Source: Candidatus Eiseniibacteriota bacterium
GTDB taxonomy: Bacteria; Eisenbacteria; RBG-16-71-46
Length of the DNA: 64,000 nucleotides
NCBI GenBank assembly: GCA_963717505.1
Contig: OY970342.1
Span: 800,001 to 864,000 of the forward strand
Direction: 5' to 3'
Shown piece after piece: positions 31,711-42,987 of this stretch. Positions within the stretch are counted from its first letter, which is position 1; each line of letters begins with the position of its first letter. The position numbers were made by a program, and so were the translations under genes. Below the pieces are notes generated by a model. The model saw only the letters and a list, made by a program, of their open reading frames with translations, searched no databases and was not told the origin of the DNA.

Positions 31711-32739
31711 CTAGCGCTTTTTCACTGTGAACTCGTTCCCCGAAACCTCGACCATGTAGTCCCTGATCCCGGCCTGCATCATCTTGGCGTTGATCTCCGC
31801 AGACAGCGCCGCGTCGGTCATCGCCCCAGGATTCGGGATCTCGACCTGGGTCTTGCGTCCGCCGGCGCTGATATCGAGCACCAGCTTTTCGGCGCCCGAG
31901 GGGTCCTTCATGCGCCGGACCTGCACGGTCTGGCCATCGCCACCCAGAGCCTTCCCGTCTTTGGTGAGCTGAAGTTCGATCGGCTCGGGCGCCGAATCCC
32001 CGGCCTTCACCTGGTGGTCGGCGGTGACCTTGACCTCGCGACCGCCTCCGGCCAGATCGGTCACCGACACCTGGGTGTTGGTGATGCCGGCTGCGGCGAG
32101 CTTCTGCTGGATCTCCTGCTGCAACTGCTGAGCCGACTTGCCGTCGACGCTGACCTGGATCACGCGATCGCGGGCGTAGGCGTACATCGAACCCCACACG
32201 CGCTCGGTCTTCGGCGTCGCAGTCCAGGTCGCTTCATATCCACGCTCGCGCAGCGCCTGGCCGAACGCCTCCGCGCGCAACGCTCCCGACTTGCCGGGCG
32301 CGTTGGCCTCGAGAACGAACCGCGGTGCGCCATTTTCGACCTCCGCCCGAACCCGCACGCCCTGGACCCCCAGGGCCGATTCGAACTCGCCGGCGATGCT
32401 CTTCACCTGCGTCAGGTCATTCAGCCCGGTCAGGGTCAGCGCGACCTCATGACTCGAAGTCTTCTCGTACGAAAAAGGCACCACCATCAGGGCCACGACG
32501 ATCACCGCTGCGGCAGCGGCCGTCGCCAGCCATGGATTTCGTTTGATTGGATTCATCATGGACAACCAGCGCTCCTTCCTGGGCTCGGCCGCATCGACGC
32601 GGCGCGAGCGCGCCAGAGACAGGCTGTGCTCCAGACGGGGCAAGTCGCGAAGGGTTTCGGTCCGCAATGCCTCGAGATCGCCCGCCGCCTCACGCGGCAA
32701 CCCGGCGTCACGAAGGTCCTCGGGCCTCGACTCAGTCAT
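31711..32739 (-). CDS. Single-pass membrane protein, putative anti-sigma factor
   Basis: Overlaps the ECF gene stop; short N-terminus, one TM (WLATAAAAAVIVVALMVVPF), large extracytoplasmic part. Confidence 0.7.
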   Translation of the reverse strand: MTESRPEDLRDAGLPREAAGDLEALRTETLRDLPRLEHSLSLARSRRVDAAEPRKERWLSMMNPIKRNPWLATAAAAAVIVVALMVVPFSYEKTSSHEVALTLTGLNDLTQVKSIAGEFESALGVQGVRVRAEVENGAPRFVLEANAPGKSGALRAEAFGQALRERGYEATWTATPKTERVWGSMYAYARDRVIQVSVDGKSAQQLQQEIQQKLAAAGITNTQVSVTDLAGGGREVKVTADHQVKAGDSAPEPIELQLTKDGKALGGDGQTVQVRRMKDPSGAEKLVLDISAGGRKTQVEIPNPGAMTDAALSAEINAKMMQAGIRDYMVEVSGNEFTVKKR

Positions 32740-33367
32740 GGCTTCGCTCCTTTCCCACTGCGGCGGTCGGAACCAACCGGGGAATCGAGTTCACGCGTCC
32801 CACGACCTGCGCGTCGCGATGAGGCGACGTCGCCGCCGAGGCCAGCCCCAGGCGTTCGTAGTGGCGGCGCAACCGCTCCCGGCCGCGGACCAGGCGCGAC
32901 TTGATCGCCGACAACGACACCTGCTGCATGGTTGCGATCTCCTCGATCGAGAAGCCGTCCAGCTCGAAGAGGACGATGGCCTCCCGTTGCACGGGCGGCA
33001 GCGTCGCGAGGGCGGCAGACATCCGCCGCGTCTCGATCGTCTGCTCGCCCCACCGGCTGCCGTCCTCGCTTGCCGGCTCGGCGCCGCTCGGGAACGCGGC
33101 CTCCCAGGGGAGCATCCGCTTCCAGAACGACCGCCGCGCCCGGCTCCGATGCCTGGACAACAGCGTGACGAAGAACCAGGACCGGAACTTCGATTCGTCG
33201 CGAAGCGTGTCGAGCTTGTCGAACGCCCGGAGCACGGCCTCTTGATAGAGATCGTCCCCGTCGGCCGTCGAGCGGCACAGGCGACGTGCGGTCGCCACCG
33301 CCTGCTCGTGAAACGGTGCGAGCAGGGCGGCCAATCGGCGCCAGCGGGCTTCGGTCAAGTCGGTCAT
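32732..33367 (-). CDS. ECF RNA polymerase sigma factor
   Basis: DGDDLYQEA, FRSWFF, LPPVQREAIVL..LDGFS.EEIA, IKSRLVRGR. Confidence 0.9.
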   Translation of the reverse strand: MTDLTEARWRRLAALLAPFHEQAVATARRLCRSTADGDDLYQEAVLRAFDKLDTLRDESKFRSWFFVTLLSRHRSRARRSFWKRMLPWEAAFPSGAEPASEDGSRWGEQTIETRRMSAALATLPPVQREAIVLFELDGFSIEEIATMQQVSLSAIKSRLVRGRERLRRHYERLGLASAATSPHRDAQVVGRVNSIPRLVPTAAVGKERSHD

Positions 33368-33456
33368 CCTCGCGTCGCGTTCAGTCCTCTGGAGCGGAGA
33401 CGCCTGGAGGGGGTGAAAAAGTCGCAGGGAGTCGACCTCAACCCACGAGTCCGCCG

Positions 33457-34746
33457 TCAGGATGGCACGCTGCTCTTCAACTCCTCGAGGTCGTGCACCA
33501 GCGTGGACGGATCAGGGTAGCGGTCTTCGAGGCGCTTGCACATCATCCGCCGGATCACGCGGGCCAGCCCGCCGTGGACCTCGGGGTTCCGCGCCTCCAG
33601 AGGCTGGGGCTCGACATTGAGGACGTCCTCCAGCACCTGCGTGAGCGTCGTCGGCGCGAAAGGGGGCTCGCCGCACAAAGCGTAGTAATAGGTGGCGCCA
33701 AGCGAATAAACGTCGGAACGCAGGTCGGCGCGCGACCCGTCGAGCACCACTTCGGGGGCCATGTACATCGGGGTCCCGCGCATGTCGCCGGTTCGCGTGA
33801 ACCGCGCGTGCTCGGCGCTCGAGACCATCTTGGCGAGGCCCCAGTCGGCGAGCTTGGGAACGCCGTCGGCAGTCAACAGGATGTTCGCCGGCTTGATATC
33901 GCGGTGCACGAATCTCTGGCGTCCGGCGTGCTCCAGCGCGCCGGCGATTCGGATCAGGTGATTCATCGCGTCGTGGCTGGTTAGAGGTCCAGCGCGCTCG
34001 ATGCGCTCGCGCAGCGAGCCCCCTTCCATGTACTCCATCGCGAGAAACAGCAGCCCGCCGGCCTCACCGAAGTCCAGCACGCGAACGATGCTCGGATGGT
34101 TCATCCGGAGGCCCGTCTGGGCTTCGCGGATGAAGAAAAGCGCCGTCTGCGAGCTTCCCTGGAAATCGATCGTCTTGATGACGCAAGGCTCCTCGACTCC
34201 GACCGGTCGCGCGAGGAAGGCGACACCGGTCGAGCCGTTTCCGAGCTGGCGGAGAAGTGTGTACCCCTCGATCGAGGGCAGGGTCGATCCGGTCCTCTGG
34301 CCGCCGTCCTCCCGTCGCGGCTCCTCCGCGGTCGTCGCAGCCGGCGGCACGTGGGGCACAGCGTGCGGCGTGGGGGCGACATCGGTCACCCGCTGGAGCG
34401 TCGCGTGGAGGATCGCGGTCCGGTTCGGCGTTCCCGCAGGCGGAGAATCGCGTCCGAGGAGGAAGGTGATGCGCGCCTCCCCGACGAAAAACTCCTCGCC
34501 GGGATCGAGTGCCAACCGCTCGATGCGGCGGCCCCGGGCGTAGACGCCGCCCGGCGCGCCTAGATCGGTGACGAGTAGCTGGTGGCCGACCACTTCGACC
34601 CGACAGGGACCGTGATCGGGTTGCCGTGCGCCGGGAACGCCCGCCGTATCGGCGTCCAGAATCATCGACCGGTTCTCGATCTCCACGCTCTGAGCGGGAG
34701 CACCGTTCCGCTCGATGCGCAACGTCGCGAGCATGCAGGTACCCAT
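33457..34746 (-). CDS. Cytoplasmic Ser/Thr kinase with degenerate N-terminal FHA-like domain
   Basis: LLVTDLGAPGGVY FHA-like strand; GNGSTG, VIK, HRDIKPAN, DWG, GTPMYMAPE, SDVYSLG. Start uncertain (34746 or 34734). Confidence 0.85.
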   Translation of the reverse strand: MGTCMLATLRIERNGAPAQSVEIENRSMILDADTAGVPGARQPDHGPCRVEVVGHQLLVTDLGAPGGVYARGRRIERLALDPGEEFFVGEARITFLLGRDSPPAGTPNRTAILHATLQRVTDVAPTPHAVPHVPPAATTAEEPRREDGGQRTGSTLPSIEGYTLLRQLGNGSTGVAFLARPVGVEEPCVIKTIDFQGSSQTALFFIREAQTGLRMNHPSIVRVLDFGEAGGLLFLAMEYMEGGSLRERIERAGPLTSHDAMNHLIRIAGALEHAGRQRFVHRDIKPANILLTADGVPKLADWGLAKMVSSAEHARFTRTGDMRGTPMYMAPEVVLDGSRADLRSDVYSLGATYYYALCGEPPFAPTTLTQVLEDVLNVEPQPLEARNPEVHGGLARVIRRMMCKRLEDRYPDPSTLVHDLEELKSSVPS

Positions 34747-34906
34747 CGGGTCTGTGTCTTCCGGGAGCAGCTGGAACGATACACCCGTGCTCCACCCTCC
34801 GGCCACCCAAGCCTCGGCCGGCGCGGCCGGGCGGAGGACAGAGGCGTGGATGACGGCTCCTTCATGAGGTATCTTCTCCTCCCTTCCTCTCGACTCAGGA
34901 GGTGCC

Positions 34907-35311
34907 ATGGCCGTAGCAGATCAGCCGCCGGACGCTGGCAGTGCCTTGGAGGCTACCGTCGCATCGCCGCAGACGCGACCCCGCCCGGATCGCACGATGG
35001 GCGCGGACCCGCTGGCCGCGATTCGACTCGAAGTCGTCGGGGGACCGATGGACGGCATCACGGTCCAGAGCGACGCCGAAACCGTGACGATTGGCCGGGA
35101 TCCGGACTGTAACGTCTCGCTGCCGCTGGACCTCCTAGTGTCGAGTCATCACGCCCGCATCGTGCGCGAGGGCGGAGCATTCTGGCTCGAGGATCTCGGC
35201 AGCCGCAACGGCAGCTACGTGGGCGAGCGCAAGGTGGACGGCCGAGTTCAGATCACCCCGGGAACGCTTTTCGTTCTCGGGAGTACCTGCCTCGAGTTCG
35301 TGCCCGCCTGA
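34907..35311 (+). CDS. Stand-alone FHA domain protein
   Basis: AGGAGGT RBS; IGRDPDC, VSSHHA and DLGSRNGSY retain the GR, SxxH and NG pThr-binding motifs. Confidence 0.9.
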   Translation: MAVADQPPDAGSALEATVASPQTRPRPDRTMGADPLAAIRLEVVGGPMDGITVQSDAETVTIGRDPDCNVSLPLDLLVSSHHARIVREGGAFWLEDLGSRNGSYVGERKVDGRVQITPGTLFVLGSTCLEFVPA

Positions 35312-35324
35312 CGAGCACAGCGCT

Positions 35325-37571
<2,247 letters not shown>

Positions 37572-37578
37572 TCCTTCG

Positions 37579-38373
37579 TCAGCGAGCGTCCCGCCGGGAT
37601 CGGCCAGATGGCAGCTTCTCGTTGTTCCGCGCGCCGCCTCGCGGCTCGACCGGAGCGAGCCGCGCATCGCCCGAGGCATCGAGCATCGGGCTCGAGCGGT
37701 CTTCGGCGTGAGGTCCGTCCGAGTAAAGGAGCTTGAGCATCCCCCAGCTGACCTTGGGAACGTAGTCGGCGTCCATGCCATCCCAGGTCTGCGCCGGACC
37801 CGGCGCCGCAGACACCGGTGCGACGAAGTGAAAACGAGAGGCCGTGCGCTCGGGCTCACGCCGGCGCCGGCTGGCCGTGCGGACCCGGCGTCCGTCGAAG
37901 ATCAGGATTGAGAACCGCAGCGGCCGATCCGGAGCCAGGGCGACGCCGGCCACAACCGCCGTCACCGTGTCCCGCGCGGGATGGCGGCGAATACCGATGT
38001 GCCTCCACCCCGGATCGCGGAGCCGCTCGCCCCCATCGATTGACACCAGGAACCGGTACCAGACGACGACGGTCGAATCGCTGTTCGACCCGCGCTCTGG
38101 ATTCCACAGCTCGCACGACAGGGTGAGCGTGTCCTGGCTCACCGACGTCACGCGCAGATGGCCGGCCTTGACCGCCGCCGCGGCGTTACCCGTTCCGCCC
38201 GCGACCGCAGACCACAGGAGTCCCGACAAGATACCGATCCAGGTGGCGATGCGGCCGAATCGAACCGTAACCACAGCCGGACGGCGAGGGATGCAATCCA
38301 TCCCTCGCCGCGGCGTGACGTCACGATCGCCGGTCCTGACCCGATTGAGGACGATCATGACTCCGGTCCTCAC
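37579..38373 (-). CDS. Hypothetical exported protein
   Basis: Candidate GTG start overlaps the TGA of the upstream small gene (alternative ATG at 38301); hydrophobic signal-like segment; contains VSWGMLKLLY. Confidence 0.6.
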   Translation of the reverse strand: MRTGVMIVLNRVRTGDRDVTPRRGMDCIPRRPAVVTVRFGRIATWIGILSGLLWSAVAGGTGNAAAAVKAGHLRVTSVSQDTLTLSCELWNPERGSNSDSTVVVWYRFLVSIDGGERLRDPGWRHIGIRRHPARDTVTAVVAGVALAPDRPLRFSILIFDGRRVRTASRRRREPERTASRFHFVAPVSAAPGPAQTWDGMDADYVPKVSWGMLKLLYSDGPHAEDRSSPMLDASGDARLAPVEPRGGARNNEKLPSGRSRRDAR

Positions 38374-38762
38374 CAGCAGAAGTTGGGGTAGGAGACCGCC
38401 CGTTGCTGCTGATTGACCACGGTACCGGGGACGGTCTCGACCTCGATGCTGAGCTTGAGGCCGTGGGCGTCGCGCGGTGCGTAGAGCCGGAACACCTGAC
38501 CGGGCGCCAGGGGCATCAGCACCAGCTGCCAGGTGTGCAGCGGCGGCATGAACTCGCTGGCGCGAGCGATCAGGCGATAACGCATGGTCGAGGAGGTGGT
38601 GGTGCCGGCGTTGCGGATGTTGAAGATGTTGGAGCCCCGGCCGCAGACAGATTCGACGTTGAGGGTGACCTGGGCGTTGCTGCCATCGGCATGGGCGAAC
38701 GGAATCGAGAGGCAGAGGGCGGCGACCAGGGTCAGCATGAGCGACTTGCGATTGCGGTACAT
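38370..38762 (-). CDS. Small secreted protein, copy 1 (130 aa, Ig/CARDB-like)
   Basis: TAAGGAG RBS; MYRNRKSLMLTLVAALCLSIPFAHA signal peptide; identical to copy 2. Confidence 0.88.
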   Translation of the reverse strand: MYRNRKSLMLTLVAALCLSIPFAHADGSNAQVTLNVESVCGRGSNIFNIRNAGTTTSSTMRYRLIARASEFMPPLHTWQLVLMPLAPGQVFRLYAPRDAHGLKLSIEVETVPGTVVNQQQRAVSYPNFCW

Positions 38763-39097
38763 GGTGGTGATCTCCTTAGAGTTGGTTGAGAGTGAGTGGT
38801 TGAAGTGAGTGAAGGGTTTTTGGTGGAGCGATCGAGCGAACTGGGATCCTCGGGGTAGAGCCGGTGGTGTTCGGGTGGTGCCGTCCTCCTTTCGCGAGAG
38901 CCATCGAGTGGTGAGTTGCTTCGCGGGGGAGGTAGAGCAGCGCACGTGCCGGTCGTGCGGCGGAGCGGGGCAAGGGCGCGAGGTGGCTCGGGGAGAGCGA
39001 GTTAGCGGGATGGGGGACGCGGGGCGGCGGCGCGGGCGGACTCCGCGCGCGGAGAGAAACTCTACGTCCGGCGAGGATTCCTCTCAGGACGTGAAGA
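38372..39097 (-). repeat. Inverted repeat, left arm (726 bp)
   Basis: Reverse complement of 42988-43713; only one mismatch seen (38987 vs 43098). Confidence 0.95.
38936..38952 (-). promoter_or_regulatory. Putative sigma54 -24/-12 promoter (left arm)
   Basis: CCGGCACGTGCGCTGCT on the minus strand: GGCACG core with exact GG-N10-GC spacing. Confidence 0.7.
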
Positions 39098-39260
39098 GGG
39101 ACACGGGTGGGCGGCTTCGGGTGCGGGGGCCTTGTGACCCCATGAAGGCTCGCCTACATTTGCCCTGCTTGGAGAATTCTCGAGTGAGACAAGCGGCTCG
39201 ACCGCCATCAGGGATGCTCGAGGCGCAGCACGATCACCCGATCGACCGGAGGCAATCATC

Positions 39261-41204
39261 ATGATCGGCAGCGTGATCGACCGAACCTATCGCGTTGTCC
39301 GTCTGGTCGGCGACGGCGGGTTCGGAGTGGTTTACGAGTGCCAGGAACTGGAGCTCCATCGCTCGGTCGCCCTCAAGATGCTGAAGCCGGAGGTGACCGG
39401 AGAGAGTGAGATGCGGCGGTTCCTGGCGGAAGCGAAGAACATGGCCAGCTTGAACCACGCCAACGTGGTTCACATCTACCGTTTCGGCGTCTTCGAGGAC
39501 CGACCCTACATCGTCATGGAGTTCGTGCGCGGGCAAACACTCGATGAGCACGCGAAGCGGCAGCCTTCGATCCGGAACGTCCTCCAAGTGATGACCCAGG
39601 TGGCATCCGGCCTCTCCGCCATACACGGGATGACGATCGTGCACCGCGACCTGTCGCCAACGAACATCATGATCACCGAGGACGGCACGGCGAAGATCCT
39701 GGACCTCGGTCTGTCGCGGGACATGAGCAGCATGTCGGGCATGAACTCGAACCATCAGCTTCGAGGGACGCTCCCGTATGTCTCACCCGAGCAAATCGAG
39801 GAGCGGGGGGCCACGACTCTCTCGGAAATCTTCTCGTTCGGCGTGATCCTGTACGAGCAACTGACCGGGCAGCACCCGTTCCACGCCGAGCACCCGGTCT
39901 CGCTGATCTACAACATTGCCCAACGGGATCCGGACCCGGTCGGCGATCACCTGGAGAACTGCCCGCCGGAGCTGGCGGACCTTGTGCACGAATGCCTGCA
40001 CAAGAAGCCTGAGGATCGGCCGGCCAACATGGCGACGGTGAAGGAACGGCTCGACCGCATCTTGTCACGCCCGAGCCTCACCGCAGCCTCGCGCCCCGTC
40101 GTGGTAACCGCTGTCGAACCGCGGGCGACGCCACGCAATCCATACTTGAACCGCGTCATGATCAAGCACCGCGCCGACTTCTTCGGCCGCTCGCAGGACG
40201 TCAAGCGAATCTTTGCGCGGCTCAACGCTACGCCTCCCGGATCGATCTCCATCGTCGGGGAGCGCAAGATCGGGAAATCCTCGCTGCTGAACCACGTGTA
40301 CGCGCGCCAAACCCGGCAGACGTTCCTCGAGAATCCCGACGCGATGGTCATGGTGTTCCTGGACCTCCAAGAGGAGAAGGGAATGTCCATGCAAAGCTTC
40401 GTCAAGACCCTGCTCGGCATCGCCAACTATGAATTGCGCGGACGGCTGGACGTCTCCAGCTGCGCCCACAACCTCGACGGCGTGAAGGACTTGGTGCAGC
40501 GCCTGGACGCTGCGAACTACCGGCTGGCGATCCTGCTCGACGAGTTCGAGGGAGTGACGACGAACCCGAATTTCACGCTCGAGTTCTTCTCGTTCCTGCG
40601 CTACCTGGCCAATCACTACAACGTGGCCTACCTGACGTCTTCGGCATGCGACCTCCAGGTTCTCTGCCACACGAAGGAAATCTCGGACTCGCCATTTTTC
40701 AACATTTTTTCGACGATGCGTCTGGGGGTCTTCGAGCGATCGGAAGCCGATGAGCTCATTCGCGTTCCTTCGGAGCGTGTCGGCAAGCCGCTCGCCACCC
40801 ATACGGATCGGATCCTCGAGATGACGGGGCTGTTCCCGTTCTTCATCCAGATGGCGTGTTCACACGCCATCGAGCACCTGGACGAACACCCCGAGGCGAA
40901 GGCGCCGGATTTCGACGCGATCCGCCGCCGCTTCTACGAGGAGGCACGGCTCCACTTCCGCTATGTGTGGGATGGACTGGACGCGCACGAGCGGAGCACT
41001 CTGGTTCGGGTGGCTCAGGGCCGAGGCATTCCGGACTCGCTGAAGCACGTCCTGTCGGAGCTCGAGGTCCGGCACTACGTCGATGAAACACAGCGAGGCC
41101 CGCGGCTCTTTGCCGGTACGTTCGGACAGTACGTCCGCGAGGAAGCGAAGCGGATGCGGAAGCCTTCGCTCCTCGAGCGCATGTTCCAGGGCGCGGGGGG
41201 GTGA
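39261..41204 (+). CDS. Ser/Thr kinase fused to a STAND-type (AAA_35/nSTAND-like) NTPase
   Basis: GDGGFGVVY, VALK, HRDLSPTN, DLG, GTLPYVSPEQ; then NPY...FFGR, GERKIGKSS (Walker A), ILLDEFE (Walker B), GLFPFFIQ (GxP). Confidence 0.9.
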   Translation: MIGSVIDRTYRVVRLVGDGGFGVVYECQELELHRSVALKMLKPEVTGESEMRRFLAEAKNMASLNHANVVHIYRFGVFEDRPYIVMEFVRGQTLDEHAKRQPSIRNVLQVMTQVASGLSAIHGMTIVHRDLSPTNIMITEDGTAKILDLGLSRDMSSMSGMNSNHQLRGTLPYVSPEQIEERGATTLSEIFSFGVILYEQLTGQHPFHAEHPVSLIYNIAQRDPDPVGDHLENCPPELADLVHECLHKKPEDRPANMATVKERLDRILSRPSLTAASRPVVVTAVEPRATPRNPYLNRVMIKHRADFFGRSQDVKRIFARLNATPPGSISIVGERKIGKSSLLNHVYARQTRQTFLENPDAMVMVFLDLQEEKGMSMQSFVKTLLGIANYELRGRLDVSSCAHNLDGVKDLVQRLDAANYRLAILLDEFEGVTTNPNFTLEFFSFLRYLANHYNVAYLTSSACDLQVLCHTKEISDSPFFNIFSTMRLGVFERSEADELIRVPSERVGKPLATHTDRILEMTGLFPFFIQMACSHAIEHLDEHPEAKAPDFDAIRRRFYEEARLHFRYVWDGLDAHERSTLVRVAQGRGIPDSLKHVLSELEVRHYVDETQRGPRLFAGTFGQYVREEAKRMRKPSLLERMFQGAGG

Positions 41205-41263
41205 CGCTCGGCGGCGCCGCCGCCCCCGGCGACCGCGGCGCACGAGTCACCGAGCCCGGAGCA

Positions 41264-42868
41264 TCATCCCCCGAGGCCGTACTCCTTGAGCTTCTTGTAG
41301 AGGTAGGACTCGCTGATTTTGAGTCGCGCCGCGAGCTTGGCCCGCGTCATCCGCGGATAGCGGCGGAGGGCTTCCTCGAGCAACGCCTTCTCCTGCTGAG
41401 CCAGACTTGCGGTCAGCCCCTCGTCGATGTCGGCGACCTCGCCGCCGAGAGCGACTCCCGGCGTTGCACCCCGTTCAGGGGGGGCCTGGTCGGCGGCCGC
41501 GGCCCCTGAGCCACGCGTCGGGCCCAGCAGCCGTAGAACCATCCCCTTCCCGACCCGGCCGTCGGGCTTCTCCAGGACGAGGCGCGCCGCGAGTTGTTCG
41601 AGAGAGCGAACGTTGCCCGGCCAGGCGAAGTCCAGAGTCCTCAGGAACTCCTCTGCCTCGGGCTCGAGCTCGACCCAGCGCCCCTCTTCGCTCTGATCCA
41701 GGCAATGGCGTAGGACCAGGGGAATGTCCTCGACACGTTCGCGGAGCGGCGGGATGCGCACGGGAACGAAGTTGAGCCGCTCGAAGAGATCCCGGCGGAA
41801 CCGGCCCTGCATCACCTCTTCCTCCAGGTCGCGATTCGTGGCGGCAATCACCCGGACGTCGGACTTCAGTTCCTTTGGATCTCCGACACGCTCGTATGTC
41901 CGCTCCTGCAGCAGCCTCAGCAGCTTTGGCTGGATCTCGAGAGGAAGGTCCCCGATCTCGTCCAGGAACAACGTCCCCCCGTCTGCCGCCGGGACCTTCC
42001 CCAGACGATCGCTGACCGCACCGGTGAACGCTCCCTTGCGGTGGCCGAACAGCTCTGCTTCGACCATGCCACGTTCGAGGGAGGGGCAGAAGACCGTGAT
42101 CAACGGCTGCCGTGCGCGGTGGCCACCGTAGTGAATGATGCGCGCCAGGATGCTCTTGCCGGTACCCGTCTCACCCAGGATGAGAACGGGGAAGGTGGCC
42201 GAGGCGATCTTGTGCACTTGAGTCCCCAGTTGCTGAACCACCGGGGATTTTCCGATGAAGCGGCCGAAGGACCAGTCGCGGGACTGCGCGTCGCGGCTGG
42301 CTTCGGCTTCTTCGCGGAACTTCGACTCCGAAATCACGAGCTGATCCCGCTCGTGCAGGACGCTCCGGCTGGCCCTCAGCGCCTCGAGGACGGGGCCGGC
42401 CAGGTCGAGCAGGCCCCGCAGCAGTTCCTGGTGTTCGCGGGTGAAGTGTCCGGCCCGCCCGTTCTCGAGATGGACCAGGGCGGCAATCCCGTCGCTGGTC
42501 TTGATCGGCATGCACAGCACCGCCGCCATATGCACCGCCATGACCGAGCGCTGATGCTTGAAGCGCGGATCCAGAACCGCGCTGTAGAGGGTGATGCCCT
42601 CGCCGGTCTTCAGGACCTGTTCGAAGATGCCCTGGCTGAACGACGCGGACTCCCCATCGAGTCGTTCGGGCGAGAAGTTGTGGAGCACCTGGAAACTCAG
42701 CGTCCCACCACTCGACACCTCCACGAACACGCCGCGATCGGCCTGGGTCCGTGCGACCGCCTCGTCCAGAATCGTCCGCAGGACCGTGATGGGTTCGGCG
42801 ATCTGACACAGAACGGCCCGCAGAGCGTCCAGTAGAGGTTTCGAAGGAAGTGCTTCGGCAGCCGGCAT
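41264..42868 (-). CDS. GAF-domain sigma54-dependent Fis-family activator (bEBP)
   Basis: N-terminal GAF (DPRF..QRSV...VLCMPI); GETGTGKS, ELFGH.KGAFTGA, LFLDEIG, AATNRDL, WPGNVR; C-terminal HTH. Confidence 0.94.
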   Translation of the reverse strand: MPAAEALPSKPLLDALRAVLCQIAEPITVLRTILDEAVARTQADRGVFVEVSSGGTLSFQVLHNFSPERLDGESASFSQGIFEQVLKTGEGITLYSAVLDPRFKHQRSVMAVHMAAVLCMPIKTSDGIAALVHLENGRAGHFTREHQELLRGLLDLAGPVLEALRASRSVLHERDQLVISESKFREEAEASRDAQSRDWSFGRFIGKSPVVQQLGTQVHKIASATFPVLILGETGTGKSILARIIHYGGHRARQPLITVFCPSLERGMVEAELFGHRKGAFTGAVSDRLGKVPAADGGTLFLDEIGDLPLEIQPKLLRLLQERTYERVGDPKELKSDVRVIAATNRDLEEEVMQGRFRRDLFERLNFVPVRIPPLRERVEDIPLVLRHCLDQSEEGRWVELEPEAEEFLRTLDFAWPGNVRSLEQLAARLVLEKPDGRVGKGMVLRLLGPTRGSGAAAADQAPPERGATPGVALGGEVADIDEGLTASLAQQEKALLEEALRRYPRMTRAKLAARLKISESYLYKKLKEYGLGG

Positions 42869-42987
42869 CGAACGAAGCTCCTGCGGATCGACAGAAACGC
42901 AATCGATAGAAAAGCGCTCGGATTATAGGACGGCTGGGGTCTCCGGAGCACTCCGGAGGGATGCAAAGCCTCTCGCGCCGCGCACGG

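Noticed and set aside
29815-32904. 1029-aa plus-strand ORF
   Set aside because: Antisense to the cytochrome, pepT and anti-sigma genes, which have clear motifs; shadow ORF.
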